The notes beneath the pieces were generated by a model. That model was given only the letters and a program-made list of their open reading frames with translations, did no database searches and was not told the DNA's origin. A stretch of DNA of 64,000 bases, from assembly GCA_040954595.2 (NCBI GenBank), contig CM082593.2:5473434-5537433 (forward strand). Direction: 5' to 3'. Both the position numbers and the translations under genes were made by a program. Shown here piece by piece: positions 52,201-64,000 of this stretch (positions are counted from its first letter, which is position 1; each line of letters begins with the position of its first letter). Origin of the DNA: Balanoglossus misakiensis (Eukaryota; Animalia; Hemichordata).

Positions 52201-55200
52201 GTATTTATCTAAACCAGAGAAGTTCTTTTCTGGAGTTGTTTTTAGCAACGTTCGTAATTCGATTTGGCCAAGTTTATCACCTAAAATTAGAGTCAATCCA
52301 TTTGAACCAAGAGCAAGTACTTGATAATCTTTGATCTTTGATTTGATACAGGAAACTCCAAAAATATCCCCCGAGAGTGGAGACAGCCAGTCAATATGGA
52401 AACAGCAAGTCTGGCCGAAGTGGAAGGCTGGACGTGATATAGGATTTCCGCGCTATCCAGCTAAGTCTGTCATTAATGGCAAATACCAACCTGCCAAAAG
52501 ATGATTATGGACCGCTATGAAATCTAATCGATGTTGATCATAGTATGCTAGCAAAATAGGAGTGTAAGATGTCATGCAGGCATGGGGGTATAATGGTTCT
52601 CGTCATACTCTGTGTATCAGAGGGAGGCATCCTTTTTTTTTTCCGTTTTGAGGATGAAAATAAATGGGACGAGATGAACCAGTGTATGAAATGAATTGAA
52701 GATTTCCGTAGTGGACATTTCTGCAGTGAAAGGAAGACCAGACTAGAAGGGTGTTAAGCATGTTAAATTGTTAAGTAGTTCTAATTGAGATTATCATATC
52801 AGGCATATTAAACAAAGATAGTGGAGAGGGGATCGAGAGAAACAGACAGATAGACAGACAGAAAAGGGACAACGCCGGAAAAAGGCACCTCAAAAAAGAG
52901 GCTGAGTACCAGGAAAGCATCCAAGTTACCAGAATCGCATGTGCTCAAAAGACACTCACGGCCTTATGCAATCAATTCACCCACACGAGTGGTATCTGTA
53001 ATATTTGACAGTGATGTCCAAGGGTGTCATTGCCAGCTGCTTCGGCGCCTCAAAAATGAACACATAAATCTATCACAGAAGACTCCCAGGTATGCCAAGC
53101 CACTCCGAATCGGCCATTACGCCTCATTCATACGCAATCCCATCGCTAACTCATCATTTCCTGCGAGGATGGCAATCCGTGTCAGAGATCCCGGTATCTC
53201 TAACCTTTCGCTTTCCGGTTGCATTCCCTGGTAATTTTACAACAGTCTGGAAAAACATGTCCAATAATAAATCCCGGGATTTGTCCTTGCAGTCAAGGAG
53301 GAAACCACGGATACCAGATGGACCTCGCCGGTCATCGACAAATTTCACCTGTCAAAAAAGAATCTCTTATTTCTTGGCAATCTCTTATTTTTTTGGCGAT
53401 CTCTTTCAGAGTATGCTCGTAAGAAATTTATTTTCGTCTGGTGTTGTCTTGATTGATTACGCATGGGTCAGAAACTAAATTCCAAGTTTGATACGCGAGA
53501 ATTTTCAAGTGATGGCAACTCCAGGTGTCCCACTCTTCCTGAGAAAAGCAGACAGTCATTCTCAATCTTGAAGGTTTCACTATGGAATTCTCTTCAGTCA
53601 AGATTTACAGAAATTTCAGATCTAGTAATATTTCATGAGAGTTAACAGTATGATAAGCCTCAGTTTGACATCTGGGTGTTTGAAAATTCATTTTTTCTAG
53701 CTAAAATTGAAATCTAATTTTCGGATATTTTATCATTCCTGATCTTTTGGTCTGTTCGACTCTGCATGTGCAAAACATGCCTCCCATTCTGTCCTGCTTA
53801 ACGCATACTTTGTGGTTAGTACAGAGTCTGGGAGTGAGATGGGTTGATCCCGGCATAATTCTACCACATGGAAGCCACAGCCCTCGGAATTCACACGGAA
53901 TGTTGAAAAGAATGGAATGAGCAATGAATAGACAGTTTATCGAAATTGGAAAACTCTCGGAAAAGGTTCCGGAAAAGCTACCCAAGGACAAAAGTCCGGA
54001 TGAATCCTTGAAATGAAATAACTCCTCGTCAAAACCAAAATTTATGATCACTGATACACACATTGCAAGGCAGTATTCTCTCTAAGACCACACCATGTGG
54101 AACTCCAAGATCATTTTTCCACATCTACTGGTACAACCAACATGCAGAACTATTTCAAAATCTGCTTCAGTACTTGGTAAAGTTTCAGAGACAAGATTTC
54201 ATTTTCAAGGAAATGGTACATTTCAGTGTATATGCATGAAGATTAGTATTGTGGGGTAAAACATTATTTGGATGACTGACCATTACACCAGTGGACTTTG
54301 TTTGGTATTTTGGTATAACCCAATTGTTTTCAATGGTATGAGAGGACCACTACACTGTGAAATAGGGGAAGACTGACAGGGTCAACGCGTACAGTCACCT
54401 TGTCAGTGTAGGGGAGGGCCATTACAGCATATATCCTCGTATCACCCTTGAAAACCCTGGTGCCCGCTTGGAGAAGACGATGAAGAAAAAAACAAAAAAA
54501 TTTACACGTAGGCCCTACAAGACCACTCCATGATTCCAAACAGAGGGGGCCACAAATCATCTCCAAGTGTAAATTTCCGTGGCGAGTCGCAGACCCGTTA
54601 CTGGGACACTTGACAAAACGTATACACATAAAATGGTAAAAGGTACAGCTAGTGTTTAGGTTTCTCATCGGCTGGTCACAAATATTGAGACCATGACTTA
54701 TTTTTGGTCGGAAACCGTACCGCGTGTTTGCCATTTCGCAGAAAAGGACACATGCTAGCAATTACGTAGTTTGCGATAAACATTCAAAAACGGACAATAT
54801 GGACCATCGGCGGCCAACACTAACATTACTCCCCCGCTATATACTCAAACAGAGCCCCCTGCGCCCTAACCCGTCCCGTGACACGTCCTTCGATTCTCCC
54901 AGCATAAACTAACAGAAATAGAAATTGAAGAATTATTTGTTTTTGCACCCATTGCTCCAGACTAGGTTAACAAAAAATTACTGACTTGGATGACTCAGAT
55001 GACCACGAGGCCCGACTCCAGACTGAACCATTTACATCATGTCCAAATTTGTCAGTGAAATTTCCGCAAAATTTATAATCAGACTACAAAATTTATCATC
55101 CTTCTTTTCACAAATTTACAGGTCTCCCCTGCGGACTGAAATGAAGACGACTTTCCATGTTTCTGATACATCATAAATTGTCATGTGAACAAGAGTTTAG

Positions 55201-58200
55201 AGCACAGATTGACACGTGATAATATTTCAATCAACTTCAAACAATCAAGAAACTTCACTACACTTGGTTGAGTATCTTTGGTAAAAAATGTGGTCAGGTG
55301 ACCACAAACAACAGCTCCCATTTGCTAGCATACCATTTAAATTTACATAGTCTGTGATCATGTGATCAATCACAGGCACTGTACGTGCATCGGTTGAGAA
55401 TCGATTCCAGATTTTGGCACTGGACGTAGACGCGCTTTCTTTTTTTCCGTGATTGCCATCCTCTTTGACACAACGGTGCATAAATTGAGACAATTTCTGA
55501 GATCTTGTTTTGACAAAAAAGACGCAGGACGGCGATCCGAGCTTGCGATGGGGGAGCTCTGTTGTGGTGATCTCTGATCGACGGTTGTAACTCACACGCA
55601 ACAGTTGCGAAAAAACACCAGAGCTGAAATTGCTGCTTTGCGTTCAGCAGCAGAGAACGACTTACGATCACTAGACAAGATCCTGAATATGAACCTTGAT
55701 CATTAGAGTAAGGCACATCTCCACATACTGGTATTGACACACAAATAAAATCACCATTTTTGAAAAAAAGTACAGCTGCCGGCAAAACCGATGATTTTCC
55801 CTATCTCTCTATGACACGTGCCACATAAGTTCATGTTACTACAAACTATAACATTATCCGGGATCCCATTTTTCCCACCCACCAAGGGGTCAGCTCCGTG
55901 ATATCTATTTATTCCCGGACTGTTTGTCTTCCTCCACATACGGGGCTTTTCTTGTCTCTCTGAATTATCATTCTTTCATTTTTTTTTTTCTCTTCTGGAG
56001 GAGTTACCAATCCATCACTACCACCGAAGTTCAGCATACCTCCCAATACTAGTTTGTTTGTCTACCCCGGCCCCCTGCACAACTCCATTACCACTGGAGT
56101 AATGTCAAGGCCGTTCGATGAACAGACTCTGAGGACACAAGCAGAATTTCTACTGCAAAGTATTGCTTCATCCAGCAGACTACCCCTTCATAAGAACATC
56201 TCTGGTTTTACCTTTATTAGCAAGATGAAAATTCAGGTCAAAGTGACTTCAATAAAAATCTGACCACAGCATCGGAGTTTATGTTACGGTACAAGTGTTA
56301 GTCCGAAAAAAGTCGGTCCTCCACCGAAACAAATTGTGCAAGCCGAGTGGAATGCAATTAAAATAAACAATTCCTGATTAATGTGGAGGCCAGAAATTGG
56401 CAAGGCAGCTGCGAGGGGAGCCGAAATTGTGTTCTTTAGACCCGTATAGGATGTCACATCTTGTTTCCTTGACCTGCTCAGGGAAGAGACAATGCACAGG
56501 GCTGGTATTAATTCCTGATGAGTGTTCTGTCCCCATTTGTTTGCGCGGCGGAGGGTACTGGGTTCTGTTTTAGTGCAACTCTGTCCCTAAAGTGTCCTCA
56601 AAGCGGGACGTTCGACCTTGGCGGGCAGACAGTTTTATTGGGGCTAATCAACAGTCCAGTAGCCCTCCTTAACGCAATGCATGGTGGTTTGTTATACAAA
56701 GACATCTGGTGTGTGGTGGGGGGTTGAGGATTCAGCTCCTAGTCCAGGCTTACCCTTCCAGGGGAAAATCATGCATCTTGGGATGGGGGGGGGGGGGTCA
56801 GTGTAGCTGGCTATCTGCGATCGTCTGTAGGAGAATTGCCTTGACTTTCGAAGTTCATCTAAAGGGGAATATTTAGCATTAACACAAAACAACTCCAGAA
56901 GTACAGTACACTTTCTTCTTATTATTATATCCACTAAATAAACATCTATGCTGACTACTTCGTAAATCAACACATCGCCAAATTATTCTCGAACTGGTAA
57001 CTACATCCATCATTCCGTCCCTGCACGGACCAGTCGCAGAGGAGCCAGTACACTCTGGCTGACCAATCGCAAGAAGCCGTTGAAATGTGCAGGTCACGAT
57101 TTTGATACACTGACCAAGTCAACCCACACATTCTTTATTTTAAACAAGACAGAGGAACGGTCCTTTGTCAACTTTCTATTTTTTCTGCAATAACATCTCT
57201 TGCGTGCCCCAAGTTTATTATAGAACATTGATGGTGTTTATTTCAGGCTATCATGGGTTTAATTTTTATGACCAGAGGGCTATAAAAAAGCAATTAAAAT
57301 ATTTATATATATTGGCATTTCACCTTGTTTATCTACCTAGATTGAGTTGTGTTTGCAAAGCCAAGGAAAATCCCTTTTGTGATATACATGTACACAAATG
57401 AAATAGCTTCCTTCACCCTCCTCCACCAACCCTTCACCCTACCAAAATGATGGATCCTAGTGTACTAAAACACTGATTTTCACTTGCACCGTTCTGGAAT
57501 ATTTTTTTATTTACTTCCCCAGTTTTCCTCACATACCAACGAATTGACCCCGTGATCTCAACGCGAAGAGCTGATGACTGAAATCATGGCATTTTCAAAT
57601 CAACCGAGTTGCATCGTATGCAGAAACAACACGTCAATCGAGTTGCGATCATTGTATCCAGAAACGACACCGCATTGACATGGGCTAAATAATTCAAATC
57701 ATTTTTTTACAGTGACTTCGCCTCAGAAACGAAAGCACTCTTCAGAGACAGTGGTCATCAGACTGCGATCAGAGAAAAGACCTGGGATCGAATACTCGGT
57801 CAGGGGATCGGCTTTGTCAACATCCCTAATGAGGTAATCAGAGATGACCGAAGGGACAACGTGACAGGCCGAAACAGGTTTCACTCAGTGGAGAATCCCC
57901 TTGTCAATCTGGACGGACCCCATGATTGATGGCGCGTTCAATATCCACCACGCGTATTGCGTACTTGCCGCGACGCAATTACCGAGGTTCAAGAATTTCA
58001 GCCCAAATTTTTTTTCGACCCGGAAGTCCACCTTCCGGCAACTTGCTTGTTTTTTTTGTCTTCTGCGAGAATTTACCGAGTTTCCATTTCAAACAACAGA
58101 ACGGCTTAATACAAACCGATAAGTAAATAGTTGTATGCAACTCAGTAAACATTGGATTGACTCCGGCATATCCGCTGCTTGGTGTTGAAAGACGAAATAC

Positions 58201-61200
58201 GTCTGATCCCGGCCACGGAACAGTTTCGTCTCTGTCCAATTCAAACTCTCGCAAAGAATGTAACAGATTGCATCACGCCTTCTGCAGCGACATGTTTACT
58301 AGGCTGGATACTTGGCTTCCCAGGACTACACACCCCAAACAAAACTTCCGGAACGAACAGAGACCCAAGCACAACAAATGCGCCTAACCCTGGAAATGTT
58401 ATTTTAACGTTGGGGCACCCATGTGATCAGATCGGCCATGTTTTCTCTCGTGTAGGTAGTAGTCCAGTACTGCCTTGTTAGTATACTGCATCAACATTCT
58501 TGCTTTAGGAAGCTATTGTAATAACAGCTTGCTATAGTTCTGATGTGCAGTGACGAGGGCGCTGTCTAAATGACAATTTGCATTTGAATTTGCCTGATGT
58601 TTCTACATCCTTGGGAGAGTATGTGGTGAACATATTGCCACCAACGCAGCTTACATTAATAGAGGTAGTGGGAGTAAATGAATGCTATTCAGTGAAGTCA
58701 TAATATATGTAAAAAAAATGTCACAACTAGAGGGTCTTGAGGCTGCTTAACTCTGAATGCAAATATATCATACAGAACATTCTGCCAGCAATTCTCACAA
58801 ATGAATACATGTATATAGTAACAATATCGTTATCCAAAAAAAACAATTCCCCCAAAAACTTGGTAGAGTCACCTTGAACTTGAACTTCAGAAGTAAGACT
58901 TCTTCATACGGTTGAAAGAAATCGGATTGCCACTACAATCTCACTGACAAGATCATGGCAATTCGGAATTTCAGGTTGTCAGACAACAGACTCGGGACCG
59001 TTGTTAAAACAGTGGGGTTGCCAATGAAAGAATGTTATTTTGTTTTTGACATCAATCGGCCACGCAATTACAAACGTATGCGTACCGCACAATGTGGTCA
59101 ATGGGGTCCTCTGCCCATGTTAAAAACCAATATTTATAAATCGTTGAATTAATGACTCAAAGAGCTGGCCAAGCATGTAACAAGCACACAACCGCCATTT
59201 GTACAGTTGCGGAACTCAATGTCCAATTCAATGGCAATGCAAACACTTGCATACAGAAGACAAAATCAAGCATTGTGCCCTTTTGGGTGGAATTCAAAGA
59301 ACGTCTTCACACGAAATGCTGAATTCGGGTTGGAATACCACAGACAGGCAGACCACTGAGAGGTCTTGAATTAGACGACAGTGTGTTTAAAAAGAGGCCA
59401 TCATTTGGTAATAATCTTCCAGAGACTATATCAAGCAACTTTATTCAATCTTAGCCTCACAAGGAGACTATTCAATTCTATGAATGATGGCATCATAACT
59501 GTATAACAAATCTTTCTAATAATTTAATAGAATTATTCATTGATTAATTTTCTGGAAATCTCATGCGCATAATTCCCCCAAAATGTTCTTTTTCATCTGG
59601 TCACTGAAAATCACAAACCGGCAGAATTGATGATGTAAAGTGAATTCAGAGGATGCAGAGCTGATTTCACACATCAATAAACGCTTGATGGCAACAGGCA
59701 GTAACGCTCCCATAACAACATTGATTTTAGATCAGTATTCACCCCAGGAATTTCTCATTTGCATAATTAATTAAAGAGAAGTAAACAGAAGTCATTATCA
59801 GAATTCATCTATGGCTTCTATTGGAGGGGGGGGGGGGCAGAGAGAGAGGGTAATTTTGTACCAAATAATTAAAAAACGTTATGATTTAGCAAATTTTTAA
59901 CAATCCACATATTCGGGGCAGTAGAGTTGCCATTTTAGATTTTAAAGAAAACAAGATATTCACTCTTGATGATCTCCTTTTACGTTATTAAAGGATTACG
60001 GAAGTGTTAAGGTCTTTTGTTTTCTCAGGAAACAATCAGCTGGTAAACAAATTACCTGTCAAGCTAATCTTAACAGCAAACCACCATTTACCCCAAACAG
60101 TGTTAATGGTTCATTAATCAAACCCCATTGTTTTGAAGGGTGTGTTTGGGGCCCTATGTTGTGTCAAAGACAGTAGAGGTCTATGGTTGTGTAGAACAGA
60201 AGAGATGAATGGGCTGGTGACACAAGACAGACCCTCAATGAAAGAAAATTGCTTCTTGTCGTGTACCAATGACAAGACATTACTTTTTCAACACCTGGTA
60301 ATATCACTCTCAGTTTCCCTTCAATTCCTCATTTTCAAATTGAAGCCCTTGTCTTCAAACTCAAAAGCCCACAACCTATCTTTCAGATGAATTTCTAGGT
60401 CTTCGAGATTCCATTGCACAAAGTCACGTGGCCCATCTTTAACGAATTCACAACCTTAAGGAAGATAACAGGGTGACTATTAAATATTCATACACCAGCC
60501 GATTATTAGAATCACTGGAAATTTCACACAACTATATGACGCTATATATTAAGTGAAAATGCAGAAACTATTGGATCTTCTAGGCTTTCCCATCTTTTTT
60601 GTGTTTTGTCCAGAGGAGGGGAAATTTTCGCTGGCAGTCTGGAATCCTAGGTGTCAAAGTAATTGTGTAAAATTTGATAGCAAGTCTCTTGCTGACTACT
60701 ACACTACTGTGTAATGGTTGTTTTGTTTTGTCTCACAATTAAAAGACACAAGGGCCTACCAACTGAGGAAGCGACTTCTTAATTGGGACTTAAAAGAAAG
60801 TACAATGAATGCACTCTACTTTCTATTCTTGTGCGGCTGAGACCCCCCTGGTGGGAGGCCTGACAGCCGTGGCGGTAAATGGGCGCTCTTATTTAGCCAA
60901 CAAAAAACAAGCTGGGCTCAAGTGCTTCACAGGTCTGGTTTCATCTTTTGGTTCAGACTGGCTTGGGGTACTCAGATCATTTGCACAAGACTGGCCAATT
61001 TCAACCAGAGGGTGGAGGGGGGGAGAAAGAAATGGGGAGAAGGAAGAATTATGGACACACGATCAAACTGCCAAGGCTCCTTTGCCAAGTCCAATCCTTC
61101 TGTAAAGACTGTAACTATGGCCGTAATCAACAGCAACTCTTTAATAGTTACTTTCTAAAAATAAAATAGTTTGACACCCACGCTTAAGTTTATTTTTCAC

Positions 61201-64000
61201 CCAGGCAGGTGAGAATTTTCCACTCCCGTCAAATCAATGTAACATTTCGCAAGCAAACAGCACTGACGTGCAACGTGTAATGATACAATTGATGGTGATA
61301 TTTGTGCGGTCAAAACTTCAAGGCATGTACAGTCCCCATAACGATTCAAATCCAGGTGCATAATTGTTTCGGGTAAATTTTTCCGCTGGGAGGGGGGGCT
61401 GTGTGAATTGTAGCTAAGACCACAAAATGCTCCCTAATACCTCATGTTGATATTCCCCATCAAACAGTAAATAAATCACGCAATCACGCTAATTAAACTC
61501 CTGCAAACATGTATACACACACCATCCTGCAGTTGGCATTTTTATCTCTTGGGTAATGGACAAGCAAAGACTGTTGGTTTTGCATATTTGTTGCCACACT
61601 ATGTTTGTGTTGTTATTGGGGGGGGGGGGGGGTAATGACCGGGAAAAACCCTGACATTTACACCAACACTCTCACTCCCCCTCCCCCCTTCTCTCTCTCT
61701 CTGGCCGACCCCCCCCCCACCCCCACCCCAAAGGATTAAAGTAATGAATTTCATTAACCCTGTTTCAAAGTTTGAGGTGAGCCTGCCCTTGTGAAGCAAA
61801 CAGCCTTGGAGAGAAGTCCAACACTTGGGTCAAATTAGAACTGTTTTGACAACAATATTCTATGTATAGCCGACAGTCAAATACCAACTTTCTGAGGGGA
61901 AATAAACGAGTCCACATGGCAACCATCTATGATAACCACTGGGGCGTCAAGTTTGCCTCGCGAAGCGGAAAATTCGCATTACGCTCCTGCAGTCTGTTTG
62001 GGGACGGTGGGGAAACAGTTGCCATGGCAGCCGGGATTACCAATACGCGCGGCAATTAGTATTATCATTCAGATCACTGACTTTTTAATATCATATTGCA
62101 TCACGCTGATACCGGGTCACATTTACAAACGGTCAAGACGTTTCACGCAAGGACCTCTGTGATGTCAGAGCCACAGGGTGCGATAGAGGCGCCCGGGGGC
62201 CTTGAACGCACCATGGAAAGCCTGTCTCCAAAACTCTAATATAACAATTTCTGCTCCCAGGACTTCAAGTGTCAGAACGTACTCCCAGCGCTGGTAAACG
62301 TACCCTCCAATTAAAACTTGGCCAGGTGATGTTTCCTCTGCATTATCAGATTTCTGGGTGGTCGTAGTAGTTGAAAATTAGCAGATCTAGTGGACCAAAA
62401 CGGAACTGGTCAAGAAAACTTCGTCATTACTTTTCCATTAAAGTGGCATAACATCTTCACATGTCAATGCAACATAATATTATTCAACTGTTTCTTCCAC
62501 AGAAATTTTCGTCACATTCTGCTTTCCCCCCCCCCCACAATAAAAAAAAATTACTCCAAATCCAAATGCGAATTTAAATCTGCATTTACTGTACATTTTC
62601 ATCCTCGTTTTTTCAGCCTCTAAAACATTTACCCAGAGTGTGTGTTACCTATTTGAAATGGAATATTCCTAACACATGTACTCCACCAGTAAGCCACTAT
62701 AAAGCCAAAAATCTTAAAGTTCAGACCAATTGCCCTTTCTATAATATTAAACAGACTACCCAATCTCTTCTATGCAAAATCTTATGAATCATCACCACAA
62801 ACTGGCGATTTACAACCATATACTATCCCCTACAACATCTACATTAACATAACTACAATATTTGTGTAGTTACCAGGGCGACAGCCAATCAGACGCCGGC
62901 CTCATCAGCATGTTCTGAAAGATCAATGTTGACTGGAATCTCTATTAACCAAATAAAAAATCTGATAAATAAGTGCTTTAAATAGCTAGTCTACAGTAGC
63001 TGAGGAATGTCTGAAATTTTAGTATTTTCAACACGGTTTGAAGTTTACATGTACAGCAGTGGAGATGACCGAGTCCAAAATAAACAGAGCGTGAGGCCAG
63101 CCCCTTGGCTGGAGACAGATCATGACTTGAGTACAGACAAGAGAGAGAGCCTCTCGGAAAGTACCAATTACGGCACGACCGGAGCACAGGCCTTCTTTTA
63201 CCGATGCCTGGATTTCACGGCGGTAGAAACAAGAGAAATCATGATCGGATAAGCTTTCGCTGGGTGAGCTGCCCTCGCACATAGTTGGCAGTCTTGCGCA
63301 TAATTGAAGTGACTCGGCAAAAACTCACGCAATCAGACTTCCGAACACCGACTTGGGTTTCTGGTGGTGCTGTTCCAGAGTTCACTCAGCGTCTACCAGT
63401 AAATCATCCAGCAGAATTGCAAAAGTATTACGAAGCACCCAATTCACAGCAATCGAACAGAACAAACGAGCAAAAACATATTATCCTACATAGGGGATAG
63501 TATTCCAACAGCCCTTTCAATTAATGTACTGGGTTTTTTTCCAAATGTCTATCCAAAATCTTAGAATAAAACGAATAAGAATTCTAATTCAGTTTGAGTC
63601 AGTCAATAGAATTCTGCTCATCCTCCAGATTCTTATTTGTAACATTTTCACTTTTTTCCAGAAATGATGTTTCTAATTATAGCGAATAAATACTTTCTCT
63701 GCTCCAATTACTCACCTAACCTGTCAGCACTAACACATTCACCTATGATTACAAACTTGCAAACTGACAATTCTCAACAAGCTTTTTCCCCTTGAACTAC
63801 CTCTTGAGATATGCCAGGATTGATACAGGACTCTGCAGACACTGGGCATCTGCATTATCACAACATGCACCGCTTCCAATTAAATTTCACTACGAGTATA
63901 AAATGCGAGACCTACATCTCGAAGTAACGGAAATACCCCGATACTGTTTCCTAACTGTGAAAATGTATACTCCGGAGTTTTAATTTTTTTTGTTTTGACC

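Larger units (their letters stand above)
12993..64000 (-). other. Probable very long intron upstream of the first helix exon
   Basis: Exon 12957-12992 needs an upstream phase-1 donor. I found no credible start, transmembrane or coiled-coil exon and no other gene in these 51 kb. Small exons could have been missed. Confidence 0.65.

Noticed and set aside
13000-64000. Remaining 60-146 aa ORFs; nested gene, tRNA, rRNA or autonomous transposon
   Set aside because: No recognisable domains or RNA-gene signatures; ORF lengths are consistent with chance.

Overview
This is AT-rich animal genomic DNA, not prokaryotic; the repeat content looks like a marine invertebrate, but the species cannot be determined. 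Almost all ORF-track entries are spurious. The one gene I can support is a minus-strand collagen split into at least 19 mostly tiny GT-AG exons (18-63 nt, plus one of 285 nt) between 12992 and 3481. They join in frame into about 318 aa of Gly-X-Y interrupted by short non-collagenous linkers. The motif GYPGFP|GPIGLDG, the basic GKRGKK segment and the phase-1 first helix exon point to the MACIT family (vertebrate collagens XIII/XXIII/XXV, nematode COL-99). The N-terminal transmembrane exon and the C-terminus are not in the window, so 12993-64000 is most likely one intron of more than 51 kb. That region holds a strong candidate recursive splice site (CAG|GTGAGT, 24226-24234), three Helentron/HINE-like elements nested inside each other (45083-49298) and carrying arrays of perfect DR1 nuclear-receptor sites, several ~90-bp TTAA-type MITEs, CCAAT clusters and RFX X-box-like motifs. 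Bases 1-2796 are a (GTGTG)n/(GT)n satellite.
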